NCBI RefSeq assembly: GCF_963921235.1
Contig: NC_086108.1
Span: 90,026,001 to 90,090,000, forward strand
From: Mobula hypostoma
Taxonomy: Eukaryota
Length of the DNA stretch: 64,000 nucleotides
Direction: 5' to 3'
In this document: positions 37,246 through 48,489 of the stretch, piece by piece
Position numbering within the stretch: position 1 is the first letter of the stretch
How the letters are laid out: each line of letters begins with the position of its first letter
Translations under genes and position numbers: made by a program
The notes under the pieces: generated by a model
The model's database searches: none
Seen by the model: only the letters and a program-made list of their open reading frames with translations
Told to the model about the DNA's origin: nothing

Positions 37246-37445
37246 GATATGGTTGTCTATCTCAACTTTTTATACTGTTAAAGGTAACTTCTGCAAGGCA
37301 CTGAAATTTTTGGTTAATCCAGGATGTTTTACTTGGAGTTTTGTTGGTAAAATGACATTGCATGGGGATTGCAACAAGAACAATTTACAACTGAAAGCTC
37401 CCAGTTCTATGAATGTGCATGTTCCAAGCTGAGTTTTGAAATGCC

Positions 37446-37500
37446 AGAGTAATTCAATATATGAGGGCAATTCAATATGCAAGAGTAATTCAATATGCAA
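37446..37500. repeat. Short tandem repeat, three copies of an 18-bp unit
   Basis: agagtaattcaatatatg / agggcaattcaatatgca / agagtaattcaatatgca. Confidence 0.7.
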
Positions 37501-37894
37501 AGTGAGCTCCGAGTTAAACAGCTATGGGCACTTGCATGCAATGTAATGGAATTTTAAATTGCTATTGCAGCTGTTTGAGGGGCGCTCCAGCCACAAACTT
37601 AATAATGCCAATATTGTCATTACTATTATTACATTTCCACCAAAATTAAAATACAGTTGGCAAGACCATTGACGAGGACAAATGTTGCCCAAAAGAAGAC
37701 TGTAAAGCATATGAAAACGATACACTGCAAGGCTGTATATAAAAATTCTTTATGAACATATAGCATCCATCAATTGCTTTAAGTTACATTTTAATGTGGA
37801 AAGTAAATCTTTTCTTGAGAATTTTGTCAGCAATGGGACTTTACTAAGAAGTAGCCACAGTCCATTTCAAATCCAATGACAGCAAAATATCAAA

Positions 37895-39160
37895 ATCTGA
37901 ATCAGGTTTAATATCACCAGAGCATGTCGTGAAATTTGTTAACTTAGCTGCAGCAGTACAATGCAATGAATCATGGTATAGAAAAAATAAGTAAATCAAT
38001 TACAGTAAGTATATACATGTATATTAAATAGTTAAATTAAAAACAGTGTGTAACACCCTAGTTAAGATTTTTGCTGCTATCCTGCAGGTATTTCATTTTA
38101 GCATTTCTGTAAGAGAAGCCTATTTGGGCTTGAGCTGAGATAAGAGGCCTTGTTGTTCAACTTAAAAATGTGGTGTCAGCCAATCAGGATGGTGGAAGTG
38201 GATTCTAGAGAACATTTAGCGGAGAGATTTTGTGAGGGACACTGGCGTGGGTCGAGGTCTTTTTGACTGTTTAACTGCTTAACTGTTTGACTGTTTAATT
38301 ATAATGGGCCCTTTTTGTTTTCTTATTTCTTTTCTTTAATAACCCGTTTGAGTTAACATTCATAAATATACTGTCTTTATGCAGTGTATGATCTGTTATT
38401 GCTTGCTGATGGGCAATTGCAGGGGGGCAGTAAATTACACAGCATTCACACAAACTGGAGTTTGGGTAGACAAGATATACCAACCTCACAGGTTTGGCAA
38501 AATCGAAGTGTATAGACCTAGACATATTGAGCCTGAGAAAGTTGGGTTTCTCACTGTGGAGTCCAGTGGCTGTTAGCAAGGGGCTAATGAGCCACACCTC
38601 TAGAGACACCTGGTAAAAGGGGGTTTCAAGAGTAAAAGCAGAAATAATCTTTAAAATAAGTGAGGTCATGTTCATAGGCTCAATGTTCATTTAAGAATTG
38701 GATAGCAGAGAGGAAGAAGCTGTTCCTGAATCATTGAGTGTGTGCCTTTAGGGTTCTGTAACAATGAAAAAGGGCATTAATATCCTGGGTGATGGGAGTC
38801 CGGAATAATGGATGATGACTTTCTTAGGACTGCTCCTTGAAAATATCTTGGATACTATGGAGGTTAGCTCCAAGATGGAGCTGACAAATTTTACAACTTT
38901 CTGTAGCTTCTTTTGATCCTGTGCAGTAGCCCCATTCCACCCCCATACCACACAGTGATGCAGCCTTTCAGAGTGCTCTCCATTGTATATCTGTAGAAGT
39001 TTGAGCGTTTTAGGTGACGAACCAAATCTCCTCAAACTCCGAATGAAATGTAGCCGCTGGTTTGCCTTCTTTATTGCTGCATCGATATGTTGGGACCAGG
39101 TTAGATCCTCAGAGAGCTTGATACCCAGGAACTTGAAATTGCTCTCTCTCTCCATTTCTC
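37895..39160 (-). mobile_element. Rex1/Babar-type LINE 3' end, split by a solo LTR
   Basis: ORF 38748-39188 (FKFLGIKLSEDLTWSQHIDAAIKKANQRLHFIRSLRRF). Tail reverse complement (gaatcaggtttaatatcacc) at about 37898. Confidence 0.83.
38049..38628 (+). mobile_element. Probable solo LTR (580 bp)
   Basis: Starts TGTAACACCC and ends GGGGGTTTCA (TG...CA with short inverted ends). Contains a CCAAT box near 38180. 4-bp flanks agtg/agag. Interrupts a Rex1 3' UTR. Confidence 0.68.
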
Positions 39161-39184
39161 TAGGCACAGACTTACAAATTATTT

Positions 39185-39475
39185 TCAAGGTTAAGGAAGG
39201 CTAGCTTTATTTGCCACAACTACATTGAAATACATTGTTTTGTATCAGTTGTATTGGGGCAGCTAGCAAGTCTTTCCATGCACCATCTCCACAACTCACT
39301 AACCCTAATCATGCCTCTTTGGAATCAGGGAAGAAACTGGAATACCCAGAGGAAATGTGTGCAGTCATGGGGAAAACATGTAAATTTGTTATGGACAATG
39401 GTGGGAATTAAAACCCGGTCCGTGATTGCTGGCAGCATTAAGCAAACATGCTAACCTAAACTACTGTGCTGCCCT
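39185..39475 (-). mobile_element. Degraded V-SINE (HE1-like)
   Basis: ctttggaatcagggaagaaactggaatacccagaggaaat is the reverse complement of the V-domain. Confidence 0.65.
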
Positions 39476-40029
39476 ATGATTTCCCCCCATACGATGCAAC
39501 TTAAAATATATATTTTGAAAAACTAGTAATTCCAGTTTATTTTGACCATTTCCACTTGGAATAACCGAGATAGTGTCTTTAAGAAAAATATATTATTTGT
39601 TTTTAAATATTGAAAACTTTCCTTCGGTATGTTCGGAACAGAAGAGCTTTAAATGTACTTCAGTATATTGTCCTCTGTTGCTCTCTGAGCAAGAAAGGAA
39701 TCAGAAGGTTTCCAGTTAAAATTAAGCAGAAATAATTCAGTTAGGGTTAATTCGGGGTTGTCGGAGTCTGCTGAGTGGCACAGCTCAAAGGGCCAGGAGG
39801 GCCAATTTTGCGATGTATCTCCAAATAATAGCTCAGCCATATCTACAGTGCAGTGTCGATGGAATACAGAAGTGTTGGAGGTGTGTTGCTCGGATTTCCA
39901 GCACCTGCTGATCTTCTCTTGTTTGCAATGTTGGAGGTGCTGTCCTTCAGATAAAGTGTTTATTACATTGCTGAGGCAACTTCAGTGGGGCAAGTGGCCT
40001 CCTTCAGTGATATAAGGCACAGATTAGGC

Positions 40030-40590
40030 TGCATTTGGTTTATTTTAAAGCAACTGAGTGTTGAGAGTTTTGGGCTCTTATTTAATGAAGGATGTGCTAG
40101 CATTGAGAGGGTCCAGAGGAGGTTCATGTGAATGATCCTGGGAATGAAAGAGTTATGAAGAGCATTTACTGGGCCTGTACTCGCTGGATTTAAGAAGAAT
40201 GAGGGAGGACCTCATTTGAAACCTATTGAATATGAAAGGTCTAAATTGAATGGACGAAGAGAGGACGTTTCCTATAGTAGGGGAGTCTAGTACCAGAGGG
40301 TTCAGCCCCAGAATGCACGGACATCCCTTTAAGACAGAGGTGAGGAGGAATTTCTTTAGCCAGTGGATGGTAAATCTGTGGAATTCATTGCCATAGACGG
40401 CTGTGGAGGCCAAGTCGTTGGGTATATTTAAAGTGAAGGCTGACAAGTTCTTGATTAGTAAGGGTGTCAAAGGTTACAGGGAGAAGTCAGGAGAATGGGG
40501 TTGAGAGAGATAATAAATCAGCCATGATGGAATGGCAGAGTAGACTCTATGGAGTGAATGACCTAAATCTGCTCCTATGTCTTATTGCCT
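40030..40590 (+). mobile_element. CR1 LINE 3' fragment
   Basis: gaaggatgtgctagcattgagagggtccagaggaggttc... through the 3' UTR. Homologous to 33740-34265. Confidence 0.82.
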
Positions 40591-40924
40591 TAAAACTTTT
40601 CCATGGTTCGGCAGTTCTCTCAATAGATTGCATGTCACCATTTTGTAGAAAAGGGAAATTATCCTTGGTGATGTGAAGTGAGAATACCACATAAATGCAA
40701 CGTCTCTCCAGCATATCTTCCACAAACTATCCAAACACATGAAGTTATCCATCAAGGAGAATAAGAGCAGCACATATGTGTACATGCAAACAGCACAATA
40801 CAACTTCCTTCACACCACAGCCTGCAGTTTCCATGAGATGGGACACCACACTTCCTAGAGGATATTTATGTAAAGACAGTATTTACTGACATTGACAGCA
40901 ATGCCCAAATTAGCTCTATTTGTC

Positions 40925-41222
40925 AAATCCACACTGAAACATCAAAACTCACAGTGAACTGTTTCATTTTGCATCAACGACCAACACGGTCCATCTGAGG
41001 ATGTGCGGTGTTGCGAGCTTCCAAAGCCAACGTAGCATGCCCAAAACTCACCAATCCCAACCATACATCTTTGGAACATGGCAGGAAACCTGAGCACCTG
41101 GAAGAAACCCACGCGATCACGGGGAGAATGTACAGACTCCATATAAACAGCAGTGCAGATCGAACCCCGATTGATAATCACTGGCACTGTAAAGAATTTG
41201 CACCAACTGCTACACTATCTGC
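40925..41222 (-). mobile_element. V-SINE (HE1-like)
   Basis: tctttggaacatggcaggaaacctgagcacctggaagaaacccacgcgatcacggggagaatgtacagactcc is the reverse-complement V-domain. Confidence 0.78.
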
Positions 41223-42233
41223 AGAAACAAAAAAAAATCATTTCTTCCACTTCCTTTGATATCAGCAGAAATATATTAATTGAAATTTTGCAGCTACCAA
41301 TTGACTCATTTGGAAACCTTTTAGACTCCCAGCTGGGGAAATATGTGAGGGGCTGGAATGCAGAATTGCTTCTTTCAAATAGGCATTTTATTTTATAAGG
41401 CATTTAAGGGCATCAATCAACTTTCTGAACTCAGAGGATACAGACTAACTTTACATAACTTGTCCTCACAACTAAACCTTGCAATTATTCTTGAGAAGCT
41501 GTTTCATACCATCTCCAGTGCTAATATATTCCTCACACGTTTGATTTACAATACTGAACACAGTAGTCCAGATGGGGGTCTCACCAAAGCGCTGTTAACA
41601 CTGAAGTCTAATTTTTTTTCGCTTCTGAATTCCAACCCATTTGAAATAAAGGCCAAAATTCCATTAACTTCTATTTTATTACCATTTGTATCTGTGCACT
41701 AGCTTTTAATGGTTTGTGTGTTGATTCAACTAAATCCTTTTGCTCCTCCAGAGTTTTGCCTCCAGCCATTAACAAAACACTCCAATTTGTCTTTTTCTTT
41801 AGATGGAGGGCAAAAAGTCCAGCCTCGATGTAGCCTTGTATTTGTTATGGACTGCATTAAGGAATATTTGGGTGGAAGGCACATGTCAGAGATGGAAAAG
41901 CAATCTTTTTCTACTGCTTGACAACTGGTAAGGCAGACATGTTATTGCATGAGGTAGACGGGTGTATGGTGGGGCAAGATGGCTGTGTCCCACCATTTAC
42001 TGCACTGGCTCCTGCAAGTGAAATTCCGCCCTCACATCTTTGAATACCTTCACTTTCCAGGTAAGTATCTACCTTCCCATTAAATAAGCCAATTATTCCT
42101 GCATCTTTAAGCTCAAGAACATAAAACATCAAATAGGGACAGCACAAGAAATAGCCCTTTGGCCCACAATGTCTTGTTGAACTAAATAATGACACCTAAT
42201 ACATGGTCTATATCCTTCCATCCTCTGTATATC

Positions 42234-42525
42234 AGGGTTGCACAGGGTGTAGCGGTTAGTACAACGCTATTATAAATTGATGTGTTCCGGAGTTTAGACT
42301 TTAATTCTGGTGCTGTCAGCAAGGAGTGGTATATTCTTCCCCATGACCATATGGATTCCTCCAGGCGCTCCAGTTTGCTCCCGCATTCCAAAGAGGCACA
42401 GGTTAGTAGGTTAATTGATCATTGTAAATTATCCTGTGATTTGGCTAGTGTTCGATTGGAGGGATACTGGGCGGTGAAGGTCGTTGAGCTGGAAGGACCT
42501 GTTCCATACTGTATCTCCAAATAGT
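42234..42525 (+). mobile_element. V-SINE (HE1-like)
   Basis: tRNA-like head (gtgtagcggttag), V-domain (ggattcctccaggcgctccagtttgctcccgcattccaaaga...ggttaattg) and LINE-like tail (gaaggacctgttccatactgtatctc). Confidence 0.8.
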
Positions 42526-42879
42526 TTAGATTTGGACGTACAGACAGACTGACAGATATTCGTTCAAGAGCCTCTTAAACACCTCTGTTGTATCGATCTC
42601 TACCACCACCTTGACTGTACATTTCAGGCATCCACCGCGCTCTGTGTAAGAAAATCTGATCTGTGCATCTCTTTTGAACATTCCCCCTTTCATTTCTAAT
42701 GCATACCTTTGAGGATTAGACATTTCAACTCCTCCGTGAAAGATAGCAGTTTGCTATTCTATCCATGCCTCTCACTTAACCTTCCCATAATTCTGTATGA
42801 AATTTGTTTTTAACCCAGGTTTATTCTCAGTTAGTTTGATTCTAGCAAGATACATCTCGGTTATTCCTCAAAACTTTTA

Positions 42880-43300
42880 AGAACATAAGACCATAAGACG
42901 AAAGACCAATATCAGGACATTTTGACCCACCAAGTCTGCTCCACTATTTCATCACGGCTCTCAACCCTATTCCCCTGCCTTTTCCCCATAATCTTTAATC
43001 AAGAACCAATTAACCTCTATATTAAGTATACCCAATGACTTGGCCTCCACAGCATCAATGTCAATGAATTCCACAGATTCACCACCCTCTCACTAAAGGA
43101 ATTCCTCCTCATCGCTGTTCTACAATATCTTCTACAATACTCTGTAGGTTTCAATGAGATTCACACCCCTCCCTTATTCATCTAAACTTCAGTGAGTACA
43201 GGCCCAGAGCTATCCAACATGTCTCATACATTAACTCTTTCATTCCTGAGATCATTCTCATGAATCTCCTTTGGATCCTCTCCAGTGCCAGAGAAAAGAG
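42880..43300 (-). mobile_element. CR1 LINE 3' fragment
   Basis: ORF 43178-43366 (ALERIQRRFMRMISGMKEL). Tail aagaacataagaccataaga. Confidence 0.8.
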
Positions 43301-45569
43301 CCACTTCTGCTGTATAATCATTATTTTAAATTCTCTACAAAATCCTTCCTGCTTGTATCTGAGCACTGAGGCTCAAGCTAACACAAATGTCTGAGAGACC
43401 ACTTACTTCAACAGCACTCCCAGCCCTCATGTGCTACTGTTAAGTAAGGGCAACAAAGCTGCTTCAATAATCTGCTGTTATATCAGAATCATGTTTAATA
43501 TCGCCAGCAAATGTTATGAAATGTGTTAACTTTTTGGCAGCAATACATGATAATATAGAAAAATAAACTGTGAATTGTGGTAATTATGTACGTATATCTC
43601 ATGGTTAAATTAAATATGTAATACAATAACAGAAATTTTTAAAAAATTAGTGAGGTAATGCTCATGGGTTCTTTGTATGAATTGGTGACATTGATGGATT
43701 TTACAATTGATTAGTAAATATCATTTGTGTCCTCCTCTTTCCTCACTTCAATAGTGCGTTGTTCCTGGAGGTTTCATTATTTCATGCATCTATCACTGTA
43801 TATTTTATGATAATTATAATCTAATGAATGACGCGAGAGATATAGGCGAAAGCACTGGCCGGATATTTCTTAGAATTTAAAACCGCAGATTCAGACAACC
43901 AGAAAGTCATGAGGCTTTCAGAAGCTATTTCAACTTCTCTTCTCACTATATTAAAAAGTATAAACAATCTGCTTTAATTAAACGAGAACAGCAAAGTGAA
44001 ATAAAATGAAGTACTTGTGAGATAGCATCATAACAAAGATAGCTGCATAACACAGATACAGTCTGAAGATTAAAATGACAAAGAACAACAGTTCTAAATC
44101 ATTTTGCCATTTTTACAGACTTGTGTTCTTTTGTTAATAAAACTACAAAACTATACAAAGGAAATAAATTTGTTTCATTTTCCTGATCACCGCCACTAAA
44201 TTGGTAACTAAAGACCAAAAAAAAATGATTGAAGGAAATACAAAACAGCTATAATAAACTGGTACCTTATGCCAGTAGCTCCTAACCACTTTGAACAAAA
44301 CTCCCAGTTATTCCCACTTAACCACTCCTTTTAAGAATCTGGGAACATCCTAGGATTCATGGATATTGCAACTTCCCCAATGGATGGGGCAGATAGTGTA
44401 TCATATACTGAGTTTTTTATTGTTATTGCGAATTTTCCAGCCTGATGATCTGAATTTTATTGAAGCTGTATTGACCCCTGTAACCTTTGCCCCTCTCCTC
44501 ACCAAGGGGATCATGCACCCCATATTAAGAACTATTGTCTCAGAGCATTCCTGAAGGGAAGTGCATGAAAGTAAATGCCTTCTTTTTCTCTGAGAGCTGT
44601 TTAAATTTGTAGCATGTCCAAGGATCAGATAGATAACTCTTCTTTTATTTTGGGTCACTGATCCTATCACTTGTTCTCATGTGGTTTTCTTTGACTTCAG
44701 TAGAAAGCAAACTAAAATATCGCTGTCCATTGTGACTTGGACTTTAACTGCTCAGCGCATTTCCTCAAGAAGAAAAGAATAACTGAACTATAGAAATGAA
44801 ATGTTGTAGATTTTTATCTTAATCGGGTTTAAGTGTCTCAGAGCTATTGCAGTAAACAATAGCATAGTTACTCATCCAGACCTTACTGGGTTTTACAGGC
44901 AGTTCCATGTGGAATCGCTGGCATTTACCCTTGGAAATGTCAGGTTGTTTCAGAACTCCATATGGATGCATAAACCCTGGAATTATTGACCTCCCGCTAC
45001 CAGTGTCCAGAGATGGAGCTGTTCCTTGCTGAGATACAACAGCCTTTCTGCTGCAGCACCTGAACTAAATCAGACCTGCTACAGGATCTGTGTTCCCATT
45101 TCTTTGAATGGAGATTTTTCTCCTTTGAGGAATGTGGTTGAAAATAAGTTATGTCATTGAAGTTATTTGCATCTGCAATTATGTTGTTTAATCATTTCAT
45201 AGTGGTTTAAAATAGGCTAATTTTGTAACAAGCCTTAAAATATTTATGACGATTTTCATAATATTTAATTATTTCTGAAGGTCAGAGAAATTCTAAATCA
45301 TTGAAGAACATTAAAAGCTTTGGCAGATGGTAAAGCGAGGGTGTATAGCTTTGGGAGATTTGTGCCTGTGACTTGTTCTGGCTACCACCCCACCTCAACT
45401 CCTACAACGTGCTGCAGTCACATTCAGTGAGACCTGGCACCATGCACGTCTATCAGTGCACCTCCTGCATATACTTGTCCAGCAAGATTAGCTTCTTGGC
45501 TGTGGATGAAGCAAGAGTCCCATAATGATGCAATAAGTTTGGGAGTTTGCCCCACTCTCTTCCTTAACT

Positions 45570-46350
45570 TGCTCATCGCAGACCACAGACAGGGCAGATT
45601 GGAAATAAACTCTCCACTTTGCTGACAGTCAACACAGGTACACTAAAGGATGCATGCTTAGCCCTTTGCTCTGCTCTCTCTCTCTCTCTACATTCATGAC
45701 TGTGTGGCTAGGCACAGTTAAAACACTATGTATAAATTCATCAGTGACACAACTGTTGGCGGAATCTCAGACAGTGACTGGAAGGCTACAGAAGTGAGGA
45801 ATGCTGTCTACTCAGGAGCCTTAGCATTGTCAAGGATCCCTCCCAACTGTCTCACAATCTCTTTGACCCCCTACCATCAGGTAGGTGGTATAAGGGCTTG
45901 GACGAGGACTGTTAGGATGGGAAACAGCTTCTTCCACGAAGCTGTGAGACTACTAAAATCTCTGTGACCACCCAGGTCTCATCATGTATGAAGCACCAGT
46001 AGCGTTATGCTGTTTACTCTTTAACTTGTGTCTTAAATGCAATCTTATGGAATATATTTTATTATTTGTTCATTTACTTTTGGTAATATTACAGTATGTG
46101 TTGATTGTGAGTTATACGCACTCGTTACGCACCTCGATAGTTATTTCAACACACTATGTCAATAGGAATTTGGCAAGCTTTGTTGGGCCAACTACCCCAC
46201 TATTTTGCTCTTGTTATGGACTACTAATTTATTTATTTGTACATTTCTTATTGTAACTTAGAGAAATATTTTATATATTACACTGTACAGCTGCTGCAAA
46301 GTGACAAACTTCACTACATATATCAGTGATATTAAACCTGATTCTGATGC
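45570..46350 (+). mobile_element. Fragmented Rex1/Babar-type LINE pieces
   Basis: ORF 45728-45967 (YKFISDTTVGG...RTVRMGNSFFHEAVRLL). Rex tail aaacctgattctga at about 46335. Confidence 0.7.
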
Positions 46351-46799
46351 TAATTTAATATTTAATGGAAATCTCAAAACTATGATGTCCACAATATGAT
46401 AGCTCATTAAGTCATTTCAAATGAGTCACATATTATATCTAATGCATTTTATTAATTTGCTCAACCACTTTATCAACCTCTGATGAAGTTTATCAAATAT
46501 AGATTGCCAAAGTTGTCCACCTTTAAGATATTTTGCCAACTTATATGGGCGATGGTTTCTCAATCGATTCTTCACTGGCTCTCCTTGTATCTAACATGGA
46601 CTGACATTTCAACTTCCAATGGAAATTGCACATTAAGATTTCAAATGTGCTCAAAGTTTCTGCAACTTTCGAATCAGATTCCTTAATATAATAAGGAGAA
46701 AATCATCACGACTAGATGACATATGAAAGTAATTCCATAAATTATTTCCGAAGGCACAAATAATTCTATGATTATTTCTAAACGCTGCATGAAGACAAA

Positions 46800-47800
46800 A
46801 TGTTAGCACAGCCCAGTTGGAGTACAGTGGGCATCCAATTTAAAGTGCACATCTGCCTGCATATGGTCAACGTACCTCTGTTCCCTATCTATTTGTATGC
46901 CTGTCGTATCTTCCCAAACAGTAAATTCCAGACAACTACCACTGTCAACATAGAAAATCTTGCTATATAATTCTCCTTTAAACTTGCCCCCCACCCAATT
47001 TAAAGCTATTTAAGTTTGCCATTCTAGGAAAAAGACGATATACACTATCAATATCTCTCATTACTTTACATGCTGGGATCTGTGGTGCAAAGAAAACAGT
47101 CTGTAATTGGGCAGTGTGGGCTTGTTGAGCCAAAAAGGTCAGTTATTGTGCTGTATTGGTAAATAAAAATAATAATAAAATAAATACCTCTATTGGATCA
47201 CTCCTCAGACTCCAATGCTTCTGAGAAAACCATCTAAGATTGACCAACCTTTCTTTATAGTTAATACTCTTTAATCCAGGCAGTGTCCCAGTGATCCTCT
47301 CCTGAACCCACTCCAAAAACTTCACATCTTTCCTGTAATGCAGTGACTACAATGGGACACAATGCTCCAAATATGGCCAAAATAATATTTTGTACTGCTG
47401 CAGTGTGACTTGGCACTTTTTATATTCAACGCCCCCAGCCTAAAAGGTCTAGTGTGCCATACAACCTCTTTATCACCCTATTGACTTGTGTTGCCACTTT
47501 CAGGGAACTATGGACTTGAACCTTATAATCCTACTGCACATCAATGTTCCAAAAGGTCTGGCCATTTACGGAATGCTTTCCTCTTACATTTGCGCTGCCC
47601 CCCCCGCCCAAAGTGCAACACCGAATATTGTCCAGATTAACTCCACCTGCCATTTCAACACCCATATTTCCAACTGACCAATACCTGCTATATCCTTTGA
47701 AAACTTTCTTCACTACCTCTGTCCGTTTTTAGGTTATCTGCAAACTTACTAATCAGCCCACTTACATATTCATCCAAATCATTTATATATATGACAAACT
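46800..47800 (-). mobile_element. Old CR1 LINE 3' fragment
   Basis: ORFs 47143-47325 (LEWVQERITGTLPGLKSINYKERL) and 46803-46994. Confidence 0.72.
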
Positions 47801-48489
47801 TACTGTACGAAGTTAAAAGTTCTAGGACTTTTTCTAATATTTTCCATCAGTTCATTTTTATTTATTGTATACTTGTGATGCATACTTTTTCAACCAATCT
47901 GTCTCCTTTTATGTGTAATAGATGATACTTCCATTTATATAGCACCATAATAACCTTCTCATCTCAATTTAGAAATGTTTTCAGAATGGACGGAATATTG
48001 AATTTGCTTCATCTGCTGCAACTGTGCTGTGAATATTGAATTGAGTTCAGGGGTCTGAGAGAATAGAAATGCACCCAGCCTATTCAGTGGAACCTCAATT
48101 TGTCTGCACTTATGATTATCCACAAAACTACTTTTTTTAAATAGAAACCATCCTTTTTGCATAAACCAACCGAAGTGCTATGAAGCATTTAAAATTGATT
48201 TCCAGACCCTTAGTTATTGAAGAGAAGAGTTCAGCTGCCACTAGAATGTATATATATCATGGAAATCACTTGCCACGGAGTCTTTAAATTGTGGTCTGAT
48301 TCTCTTTTTCCTGGAGAGTTTGGTGTACATGCAAATCTGAAACAGATGACTTGCAGGAGAAAGCTCTTCTTCTTGCCTCACACAAGGAAATACCAAGAAA
48401 CACTTGGGCAGTCACATAGCACCTAGTGTGGAGCTAAAGCATTTGAGCCTGACAAAATTCAACATTACATCTAAAAACTGGAAAGACAC

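Noticed and set aside
42234..42320. tRNA gene
   Set aside because: Only a degenerate tRNA-derived SINE head, followed by a V-domain. No cloverleaf.
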